Of a stretch of 11,770 nucleotides of DNA, positions 1 to 7,848 are shown one piece after another. Location: contig JBHHUM010000067.1 in NCBI GenBank assembly GCA_046861645.1, positions 1-11,770 on the forward strand, read 5' to 3'. A model generated the notes under the pieces. The model worked only from the letters and a program-made list of their open reading frames with translations. It had not been told where the DNA came from and made no database searches. The position numbers and the translations under genes were made by a program. This stretch comes from Fidelibacterota bacterium. Lineage in GTDB: Bacteria; Fidelibacterota; Marinisomatia; Marinisomatales; UBA2128. The stretch's first letter is position 1. Every line of letters begins with the position of its first letter.

Positions 1-65
1 TTCACTTATGAAACTTAACTAATTTTCTCAGTCAAACACAGGTTAATAGTAGCCCAATCTAATTA

Positions 66-587
66 CTAAATAAAAAGCTGAATATCAGCATCTACAGCAA
101 ACTCAAGGAAAGTGGCCGCCCCACCTATATCGACACTATCGATAAAATCATCCTTATTAAAACCAAAAACATCCATCGTCATTTGGCAACCGATGAATTT
201 TACTCCAAACTCTATGCAGGTATCTCGTAATTCTTCTATGGTAGCGACCCCCTTCCTCTTAAAAGTTTTCTTCATAAGTGATGTTGCTAATGTCTCAAAC
301 CCCGGTACATTCCCCTTGATAAAATTGGGTACTATCCAATCAACATTATGAAAACGTCTTGATCCAAAAAGGGCTTTCATGGGCATAGCTGGATTCGCGT
401 GTGGGGCAACCTTGGCTCCAATTTTCTTTTTTAACAGTGTTAACCCATAAAACGTAAAGAAAATGGTTACTTCCATATCAAGTGCAGCAGCAGTAGATGC
501 CAGGATAAAGGGTGGATAAGCCCAGTCCAAAGTCCCCCTGGAAACAATCAGCGCCATCTTTTTCGTTTTATCTTTTGAATGACTCAT
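66..587 (-). CDS. dsrE2: DsrE2-type (DsrE/DsrF/DrsH-like) sulfurtransferase
   Basis: Signature segments GTLDWAYPPFILASTAAAL, IFFTFYGL, NPAMPM, CIEFGVKFIGCQMTMDVFG (conserved Cys) and GGAATFL...QLFI. Lies directly downstream of tusA, as in rhd-tusA-dsrE2 clusters. Confidence 0.88.
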   Translation of the reverse strand: MSHSKDKTKKMALIVSRGTLDWAYPPFILASTAAALDMEVTIFFTFYGLTLLKKKIGAKVAPHANPAMPMKALFGSRRFHNVDWIVPNFIKGNVPGFETLATSLMKKTFKRKGVATIEELRDTCIEFGVKFIGCQMTMDVFGFNKDDFIDSVDIGGAATFLEFAVDADIQLFI

Positions 588-621
588 GAGGTTTCTACCC
601 TTCCTTTAGAGTGTTATCAAT

Positions 622-858
622 TTATGCTTTGCGAATGTAAAATATATATTCTTCATCTTTTACTACTTCGTCAAGAAGTTCATGTCCTGTTCGTGAAGTA
701 AACGCTCGGATATCATTTACAGAACCTGGATCTGTAGCAACCATTTTTAATATTTCGGAACTGTTCATGTTATCTATGGTCTTTTTAGTTTTCAGAACTG
801 GTAGAGGACAGTTCAGTCCTTTACAATCCAGATAGTGATCTACCTGATATTCACTCAT
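622..858 (-). CDS. tusA: TusA/SirA-family sulfur carrier protein
   Basis: 78 aa with LDCKGLNCPLP (CPxP persulfide motif), ATDPGSVNDI and C-terminal YIFYIRK. GGAGGG ribosome-binding site upstream. Confidence 0.95.
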   Translation of the reverse strand: MSEYQVDHYLDCKGLNCPLPVLKTKKTIDNMNSSEILKMVATDPGSVNDIRAFTSRTGHELLDEVVKDEEYIFYIRKA

Positions 859-915
859 TCTTACCCTCCCTGTAAATTACCCGGCGACTTCATTTTGAAA
901 CACCAGTTTTATTTT

Positions 916-929
916 CATATTTAAATATG
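916..929. promoter_or_regulatory. Perfect 14-bp palindrome, candidate operator in the tusA/mobA divergent promoter region
   Basis: CATATTTAAATATG is its own reverse complement and lies 57 bp upstream of the tusA start. An adjacent TGCAA-N9-TTGCA repeat is at 928-946. Confidence 0.4.
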
Positions 930-1112
930 CAATTAAATTACTTGCAAACAATAAAATAGGAAAAGGTTAATCCTGCTTTTGTGGTTTTACTAAAGATGTT
1001 CTGTTGCTACTTCTGTAATGTAAATTTTTCATTGGTGTAGGTAAATAAACGATCTAACCCATCAATTCACAATGTATTACAGTTATAGTGAATAGACTTT
1101 TTAACTTTCAGT

Positions 1113-1706
1113 ATGAACCAAAAAGAACTTTTGCCTGCTTCAGCATATATTTTAGTTGGTGGTAAAAGCCGACGCTTTGGTTCACCTAAATGGAAGTCAA
1201 AGCTGGGAGGAATCACCTTATTAGAAAGATCCTTGAATCTTTGTACTTCACTATTCAATATGACGAAAATCGTGGGTAAATCTGTAGAGGAATTAGATGG
1301 AAAACCCGTAATTCAAGATATCATTAAAGTACAAGCTCCTTTGGTAGGAGTATACACAGCCTTAAAACAGACTTCTCACCAGTGGAATTACATCATTTCC
1401 TGTGATCTGCCTCTCGTAACAGAAGAAATAATATTAAAATTATGGGAAATTATTTCAGATAATTTTGATGTAGTCCTCCCATGTACTGATAATGGATTAG
1501 AACCAACATGTGGTTTCTATTCCCAATCTGCTCTTCCAGAATGTGAAAAAATGATATGGAAAGGAGATTATTCGCTACATCATTTCATAGGTTCATTAAA
1601 TCACAAAGTGGTTGATTTCTCCCCTAAAACCAGTTTATTTCTTAACATAAACACTAAGGAGGATCTTAAGAAAGCAGCAAAACAAATATTAATACGAGAA
1701 CCATAA
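1113..1706 (+). CDS. mobA: Molybdenum cofactor guanylyltransferase (MobA, NTP_transf_3)
   Basis: Motifs ILVGGKSRRFGSPK, APLVGVYTAL, ISCDLP, LEPTCGFYS and FLNINTKEDL. Confidence 0.9.
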   Translation: MNQKELLPASAYILVGGKSRRFGSPKWKSKLGGITLLERSLNLCTSLFNMTKIVGKSVEELDGKPVIQDIIKVQAPLVGVYTALKQTSHQWNYIISCDLPLVTEEIILKLWEIISDNFDVVLPCTDNGLEPTCGFYSQSALPECEKMIWKGDYSLHHFIGSLNHKVVDFSPKTSLFLNINTKEDLKKAAKQILIREP

Positions 1707-1734
1707 TAGTTTAATGCATGACTGATCAACTCCT

Positions 1735-2844
1735 CTAAGTACACCCCGCTATAGTATCTTCTGCTAGCATATCAACCACTCTTGTCATTTCACCTGTTTC
1801 TTTATAGCATTTTAGTTGCCTATCAGCACTGGTACCTTCATCTAAGATGGTTCGTAAATACTCAACTTCATTTCTTGAACCCAATATATCCAAAACATCG
1901 TCAATAAAATCCAGAAGTTCTTCCATAAGTTCAGTGACTGGTAATTCCACACCTTTCCCAAAATCTATCAATTTCCCATGGATTCCATCTTTCATGGCTC
2001 GCCATTTATTTTCAGTGATAAATCCAGCACGATAGGGACGCCAGGTAAGATTTTTCTGTCTTAACTGAATCAGCTTTGCTACCAGGGCTTGGATTAGCGC
2101 AGCTATAGTAGTGACTTCTTCTATCTTTGTAGTGCAATCACAAATGCGAAATTCCAAGGTTGGAAATTTGGGATGAGGACGAATATCCCACCAGATTTTT
2201 GTCGGTTCATCAATACAACCTGCTTTTATCAATGTATCAACATAACGATCATAGTCGGAAGCAGAATCAAAAAATTCAGGTGTACCCGTTCTGGGAAGGT
2301 CCTCAAATACTATACTCCGATAAGATTTGAAACCTGTATCCTCTCCACGCCAGAAAGGTGACGATGTAGAGAGGGTAAGGATATGGGGCATGAAATACCG
2401 CATCTGGTTCATAATATCAATCCTCAAATCGCGATTCTTTATACCGATATGCACATGCATGCCGAAAATAAGAAGACGTTTAGCTACAATCTGCATGGAA
2501 TCAATGAAACCGTGGTAGCGGTCTTTATCAGTGACAACCTGATCCTTCCAACTGGAGAAAGGATGGGTACCCGCAGCCAAAATAGAGCGGTTGTTTTCAT
2601 TTGCTAAGTTGCAGATCATACTTCGTAATCTCCGAACCTCAGCTGCAACGTCTTGCACATTATTACACACTTTGCTGCCTACTTCTACTTGTGATTGCAG
2701 TAACTCTGGCTGCAATTGATCTCTAAATAAAATAGCACTTTGATCAAGGAATTCCCTGATAAAAGAGGTCAGTTCTCTGGTCTTCGGATCAATGATCTGG
2801 TACTCTTCTTCAATCCCGATAGTAAGTTTTTCTAACTCATTCAT
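1735..2844 (-). CDS. ybdK: Carboxylate-amine ligase / glutamate-cysteine ligase 2 (GCS2, YbdK family)
   Basis: Motifs TIGIEEEYQIID, AAGTHPFSSW, IFGMHVHIG, SSPFWRGEDTGFKSYR, IWWDIRPHPKFPTLEFRICD, ENKWRA and GTSADRQ. Start overlaps the rpiB stop by 1 nt (TGATG). Confidence 0.93.
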   Translation of the reverse strand: MNELEKLTIGIEEEYQIIDPKTRELTSFIREFLDQSAILFRDQLQPELLQSQVEVGSKVCNNVQDVAAEVRRLRSMICNLANENNRSILAAGTHPFSSWKDQVVTDKDRYHGFIDSMQIVAKRLLIFGMHVHIGIKNRDLRIDIMNQMRYFMPHILTLSTSSPFWRGEDTGFKSYRSIVFEDLPRTGTPEFFDSASDYDRYVDTLIKAGCIDEPTKIWWDIRPHPKFPTLEFRICDCTTKIEEVTTIAALIQALVAKLIQLRQKNLTWRPYRAGFITENKWRAMKDGIHGKLIDFGKGVELPVTELMEELLDFIDDVLDILGSRNEVEYLRTILDEGTSADRQLKCYKETGEMTRVVDMLAEDTIAGCT

Positions 2845-3296
2845 CAGACATCCAATTTATCAATCCGGCGCAGATGTCGTCCCCCATTAAAGGACACTGA
2901 GAGCCAAATATCAACAGCCTGAATAGCTTCATCAGTAGAAAGAAACCGAGCCCCTAAAGAAAGCACATTGGCATCATTATGTCCTCGAGAAAGTCGAACA
3001 ATCTCCTCTGGACCTCCATAGAAAACAGCAGCACGAACACCCTTTATCCTATTCGCACACATTGCTTCACCCTGACCAGATCCTCCTATAATGATTCCCC
3101 GACTGACAGTATCCTTGGCCACTGCTTCGGCAACGGGTCGTATAAAATCAGGATAATCATCGTCACTATCGAACCAATGGGCTCCAAAATCCTCGACTAC
3201 AAAATTGGAAGACTTAAGATGACCCTTTATAGCTTCTTTCAATTCGAAACCAGCATGGTCAGCTCCAAGAAAAATATGGATAATTTGATCTTCCAT
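2844..3296 (-). CDS. rpiB: Ribose-5-phosphate isomerase B (RpiB/LacA/LacB family)
   Basis: Motifs GADHAGFELK, DDYPDF, GGSGQGEAMCANR, HNDANVLSLGAR and GGRHLRRI. Confidence 0.93.
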   Translation of the reverse strand: MEDQIIHIFLGADHAGFELKEAIKGHLKSSNFVVEDFGAHWFDSDDDYPDFIRPVAEAVAKDTVSRGIIIGGSGQGEAMCANRIKGVRAAVFYGGPEEIVRLSRGHNDANVLSLGARFLSTDEAIQAVDIWLSVSFNGGRHLRRIDKLDV

Positions 3297-3306
3297 TACT
3301 GGAGTT

Positions 3307-3960
3307 TCATTGGATCATTTTGAATTGTCTTATGGTTTTCACTGGATCAACGGTCTTAAATATAGCCGAACCAGCAACCAGAATATCGGCACCAGCAGCT
3401 AATATTTCAGCTGCATTGTCTAATTTAACACCACCATCTACCGATAACTGTCCATCACTACTTCCCTCTGCTTGCAATAATCGACGTAATGATGAAATTC
3501 TTTCCAGAGATTTCGGGAGAAATCCCTGCCCCCCAAATCCCGGCTCTACCGACATTGCCAGGATCAAGTCCACTTCTGATAAATAAGGTTTAATTAAGGA
3601 CAAAGACGAACGGGGACGAAGGGTAATCCCCGGTTTGGCTCCTGCGTTACGTATCATCTTCAATGTCTTTTGCAAATCTCCAGATGATTCAGCATGAATA
3701 GTGATAAAATCTGCTCCAGCATCCACAAATTGAGAAATATATTCCTGTGGATACTCTATCATTAAATGTACATCCAACGGTAGAGACGTTTGCTTACGGA
3801 GGTCCTTTACTACTTGAGGCCCGATTGTAAGATTAGGTACAAAATGGCCATCCATCACATCCACATGAACTTGATCTGCTCCCCCCTGCTCACATTGCTC
3901 CAGAACCAGGGCAAGATTGGAAAAGTCTGCGGAGAGGATAGAAGGGGCAACTTTAGCCAT
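3307..3960 (-). CDS. rpe: Ribulose-phosphate 3-epimerase
   Basis: Motifs APSILSADF, HVDVMDGHFVPNLTIG, LDVHLMI, MSVEPGFGGQ, VDGGV and LVAGSAIF. Confidence 0.97.
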   Translation of the reverse strand: MAKVAPSILSADFSNLALVLEQCEQGGADQVHVDVMDGHFVPNLTIGPQVVKDLRKQTSLPLDVHLMIEYPQEYISQFVDAGADFITIHAESSGDLQKTLKMIRNAGAKPGITLRPRSSLSLIKPYLSEVDLILAMSVEPGFGGQGFLPKSLERISSLRRLLQAEGSSDGQLSVDGGVKLDNAAEILAAGADILVAGSAIFKTVDPVKTIRQFKMIQ

Positions 3961-3970
3961 TAATCTCTCA

Positions 3971-5767
3971 TCAGAAGGGCCAAAATAGTGGAATAAAAAT
4001 GGAAGCTATCATCCAGAAGATCAATGTCAGAGGAGTACCAGCCTTAATAAAATCGTTAAATTTATAGCGACCGGGGCCATATACCATCAGATTGGTCTGA
4101 TATCCCATAGGGGTCATGAAAGAAGTAGAGGTACCAAAACAGATGGCAAACACAAAAGGACGTGCACTTACCCCCAGTAGTTCTGCAATAGCCAAGGCAA
4201 TAGGGACTAATACAATCGCAGCAGCATTGTTGGAAATGAACGAAGTCAAGAGGGTAGATACCAAAAAAATCATAGAAAGAGAAACATAAGGTGTAACATC
4301 ATTCCGAAAAACCAACCCTAAATCAGCAATTCCCTTGGCAATAATACTAGCAGTACCCGTCGATTCTACAGCCGCACCAACAGGGATAAACGCAGCGACT
4401 AAAATGATGACTGACCAATTAATCGAGCTGTACACTTCCTGAATAGAGATGCTTTTCAACAAAAGAAGGATAATCAATCCCACTAGTGCTGCCGGGAGAA
4501 TGTTGACTATTCCAGAAGCTGAGATCAACATAACCAGAGGAATAACAGCAATGGCCAACCACCAGAACTGTACCTTATGTAATTTTACACTATGTTCCTG
4601 AAGGATAGCTAAATCACGGGAAGTGCCCAAACTCTCCAATCGTGATTTGGGTACAAATATGAGCAACGTATCAGCAAAATGTAGTACGATATGAGCAATC
4701 TTCTCACGAAGAACACGTCCCTCTCTCCGAATAGCAAGGACAAATGCCCCGAAGGTATTACGAAAATCCGCTTCTTTCAGACTTTTTCCTATAAGAGCAG
4801 ATTCCTGGGTTACCAATCCCTCCACTACAACACTATCTGCCCCAGTCAGCTCAGACTGATTCATCTTAAGATCAGTCAACAGAAGTACCTTCTCCTCTTC
4901 ACGGAAACGAACAAAATTTTCAAGAGATCCTCGGGCAAGAAGTAAATCACCTGCTTTCAGTTTCAAATTTCGAATATTAGCGTCATTACGAACATCTCCC
5001 CGGATAACGGCTAACACAGTAATATCGTACTTTGCGCTGACACCTCTTTCAAAACAGGTATTATCCACAAGAGGTGAACCAGAGGGAATACGAAACTCGG
5101 TTAAATAGGGAGCTAACTGGTAATTCCTAGTTAGTGAAGACACTCCTGCTCGTGAGGGAAGAATTTTGGGTACGACCAGTAGATTATAAATAGTTCCCAC
5201 CAATAGAAAGATGATTCCTATTGCAGCAAATTCAAACATCCCTAATGGATCTTTATCAAATTCACTGTGCCCCACTACCATGGAAGCCACCAACAAATTA
5301 GTGGATGTCCCAATGAGAGTCAGGGTACCACCATAGATGGCAGCATAGGATAGTGGGATGAGTATTTTTGAAGGTGAAATTTGAAACTTTTGACTGAGTT
5401 GTATCGCTACTGGAATAAGAATAGCTACAGCCGCAGTGTTATTGATAAGTGCTGAAATTATACTGGCAGCAATCAGAAAAGCTCCACTAGCCAGCCATTT
5501 ACTCTCCCGACTAATACTACTTAACCGCTCCACCATCACTTCCGGAAAACCGGTCTTTACCAGTCCATGGCTCAAAGCAAACATGATAGCCACAGTTAAA
5601 ACAGCTTTATTGGAAAATCCAGAAACCGCAGTATCGATATTCACAAACCCGAATATCAGCAGAACTGTAAGAAGTGTTAAAGCTGTAACATCCATGGGAA
5701 AAACCTCCTTCACGAAAAGGATCATGGCTACAGCAATAATTAACAAGAAAGGAATATCAGGAGTCAT
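3971..5767 (-). CDS. SLC13/DASS-family permease with two central TrkA-C (RCK_C) domains
   Basis: Two hydrophobic halves with SALINNTAAV and SFISNNAAA (SNT-like), GGTLTLIGTSTNL and FMTPMGYQTNLMVYGPG motifs. They flank a soluble region with two TrkA-C repeats (GSPLVDNT...VLAVIRG...LKAGDLLL and SALIGKSLKE...VLAIRR...ADTLLI). Confidence 0.92.
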   Translation of the reverse strand: MTPDIPFLLIIAVAMILFVKEVFPMDVTALTLLTVLLIFGFVNIDTAVSGFSNKAVLTVAIMFALSHGLVKTGFPEVMVERLSSISRESKWLASGAFLIAASIISALINNTAAVAILIPVAIQLSQKFQISPSKILIPLSYAAIYGGTLTLIGTSTNLLVASMVVGHSEFDKDPLGMFEFAAIGIIFLLVGTIYNLLVVPKILPSRAGVSSLTRNYQLAPYLTEFRIPSGSPLVDNTCFERGVSAKYDITVLAVIRGDVRNDANIRNLKLKAGDLLLARGSLENFVRFREEEKVLLLTDLKMNQSELTGADSVVVEGLVTQESALIGKSLKEADFRNTFGAFVLAIRREGRVLREKIAHIVLHFADTLLIFVPKSRLESLGTSRDLAILQEHSVKLHKVQFWWLAIAVIPLVMLISASGIVNILPAALVGLIILLLLKSISIQEVYSSINWSVIILVAAFIPVGAAVESTGTASIIAKGIADLGLVFRNDVTPYVSLSMIFLVSTLLTSFISNNAAAIVLVPIALAIAELLGVSARPFVFAICFGTSTSFMTPMGYQTNLMVYGPGRYKFNDFIKAGTPLTLIFWMIASIFIPLFWPF

Positions 5768-5855
5768 AGGTTACCAGTATCAACTCTTCTCCATTTCCTT
5801 ATGAAGGAAAAGCCAGATGAAATAATACCCGTTGGTAGGCAGTAACACAACTAGT

Positions 5856-7442
5856 TTAATCAGTGACATCCTCTTCCTCATCAGGAAATTCAGTGACCTC
5901 TCCTGGTTTCTTCTCCCAGAGCTGGTGTGAAACAAACAGCTCCACCACATCCGGATCAAACTCACCATATTTGGCTCCTGACCGTAGAATTTCACACGAT
6001 TTATCTGCGGGGATGGGAGGTTTATAAGGTCTGTCCTGAGCTGTAAGAGCATCCCATACATCGGCGATGCACATAATTCTTGCCGGAAGCGGAATCATAT
6101 CCCCGGCAATCCCATCAGGGTAACCTTTGCCATCAATGTGTTCATGATGGGAAGCGGCAAAATAAGGTACATCCTTCAATCGGTCCGGGAATGGAAGTTT
6201 TCTCAAGAGTTTCCTGGTGTGAATCACATGAGCTTGAATCTGACTACGTTCTTCGTCAGTAAGGTTGCCTTTTACCACAGAGAAATTATCATATTCTTCC
6301 TCCGTAAGATATAAATGCTCATGTCCTTCGGCATCGACAAATTTCTTCTTAGCAATAGCATCCAAAATCTCTTTCTTTTCTGGTGCCAGGAATCCTGGTT
6401 TATTTACCCACTGGATAAAATCATAATCTTGCTGCCAATCTTCCAGCTCTTTTTTCAACACTTTATCTTGATAATCCTCCGGTTTACCCTTTGTTAGATT
6501 TCTAAGCTTTGCCCTGAACAGAATGAGTTCCCTTATCCTTTGGAATCGGTCAAGTACAACTTGAAATTTAGCACCGTCGAGCTTATTCTGTTTCTCAAGA
6601 ACATGTTCAGGTACGCCTATCTTCCCCACATCATGGAGCAACCCTGCTATCCAGACTTCTTCCAGTTCCTCTTCATCAAAATGTACATCAGCAAAGGGAC
6701 CGGTTGTCTGGTAGTTTATATCTTCAGCAATGCGGCGGGTCAGTTTGGCAACCCGGCTGGAGTGACCTGCGGTATGAGGGCTTCGAGCATCAATAGCTTT
6801 TACAGTGTAGTTTACTAGTGCTTTGAACAGATGCTCAATGTCATAAATAAGTTGAGCGTTATTTATAGCAACAGCGGCTTGACTAGCTAGAGATCGTATT
6901 AGAGTTTCGTATTTTTCATCAAACGGAATCCGCTCCCCATCGGATGATATTGAGTTAATCAACTGCAGTACACCGATGATTTTATCCGTATGATCCCGCA
7001 TTGGAATAACCATCATGGACTGTGTACGGTAACCAGTGATTTCGTCATATTTCTTCGGTCCGGAAAAGTCGAACCCTTCCGCCTCGTAGACATCGGGAAT
7101 ATTCACAATCTCTCCTGAGATGGCTACATGAGCGGAAACATTGGAATGATTTTCTTCCCCATCCACTTCCAGGGGCACAGGTGGAAGATCTATTTTATTT
7201 CCGGTAGTACCACCTGCAGCGAATCCAGTGGACTCTGTTTGCATGATTTCAAATTTTAGCACTTTCATTTTATCTATAACTCGGTAGAGCGTTCCGGCAT
7301 CACAATGGGTAAATGACCTGGCCTCAGTTACTATCATTTCTAAAAGCCGATCTAAATTTTTCTCGCTACTGAGAGCGATTCCCAGTTGGTTTAACCGTTC
7401 CATATCGGCAGCAACAGAAATTCCCGCTTTTCTTTTCGTCAT
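5856..7442 (-). CDS. GAF domain + HD-GYP phosphodiesterase (cyclic-dinucleotide PDE family)
   Basis: N-terminal GAF domain (VNIPDVY, YRTQSMMVIPM, IGVLQLIN, SQAAVAINN). HD-GYP motifs HSSRV, LLHDVGKIG, HV, HHEHIDGKGYP, ADVWDAL and RPYK, with a large insertion after the HD motif. Confidence 0.95.
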   Translation of the reverse strand: MTKRKAGISVAADMERLNQLGIALSSEKNLDRLLEMIVTEARSFTHCDAGTLYRVIDKMKVLKFEIMQTESTGFAAGGTTGNKIDLPPVPLEVDGEENHSNVSAHVAISGEIVNIPDVYEAEGFDFSGPKKYDEITGYRTQSMMVIPMRDHTDKIIGVLQLINSISSDGERIPFDEKYETLIRSLASQAAVAINNAQLIYDIEHLFKALVNYTVKAIDARSPHTAGHSSRVAKLTRRIAEDINYQTTGPFADVHFDEEELEEVWIAGLLHDVGKIGVPEHVLEKQNKLDGAKFQVVLDRFQRIRELILFRAKLRNLTKGKPEDYQDKVLKKELEDWQQDYDFIQWVNKPGFLAPEKKEILDAIAKKKFVDAEGHEHLYLTEEEYDNFSVVKGNLTDEERSQIQAHVIHTRKLLRKLPFPDRLKDVPYFAASHHEHIDGKGYPDGIAGDMIPLPARIMCIADVWDALTAQDRPYKPPIPADKSCEILRSGAKYGEFDPDVVELFVSHQLWEKKPGEVTEFPDEEEDVTD

Positions 7443-7519
7443 GATTCCCTTACCTGTAATGAATCCTTTGTTATAATCTCATTAACGTCAGCCCTATCGG
7501 TCTGCTTCCTATTACTCAT
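7439..7519 (-). CDS. Putative 26-aa upstream ORF (MSNRKQTDRADVNEIITKDSLQVRES)
   Basis: Translated by hand. The ATG sits at the predicted transcription start of the promoter at 7527-7555, and the TGA overlaps the HD-GYP ATG (ATGA). No homology evidence. Confidence 0.25.
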   Translation of the reverse strand: MSNRKQTDRADVNEIITKDSLQVRES

Positions 7520-7526
7520 TGGTGAA

Positions 7527-7555
7527 AATATAGAGGAACGACTGCGGAGAATCAA
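7527..7555 (-). promoter_or_regulatory. Putative sigma70-type promoter of the HD-GYP...ybdK run
   Basis: Minus strand TTGATT (7555-7550), 17-nt spacer, TATATT (7532-7527). Confidence 0.55.
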
Positions 7556-7580
7556 ACGAAATCGTTGTCTGAAGCTAAGT

Positions 7581-7737
7581 TCGAATCGAAAAATCTCTCA
7601 ACAACACTTAACATCATGAATATCACATGTTATGGAGAACATCATTCATCTTACGCGACACGAGTGTAGCGGAGTAAAGTCAACACCCACCACTGCAAGA
7701 CAGTCCCAGAGAATACCATAACTATCGAATCGAAAAA
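7581..7737. repeat. Pair of exact 13-bp direct repeats
   Basis: TCGAATCGAAAAA at 7581-7593 and 7725-7737. Confidence 0.6.
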
Positions 7738-7848
7738 CAAAATAAAGAAAATGACAGGAAGATTCCCTGATTATTCAGACACTCTCATCAAGGGGGTTTT
7801 ATAAGAATAAGCTTGTTTAATCTGGAGTAATAGAGCAGATAACAATGT

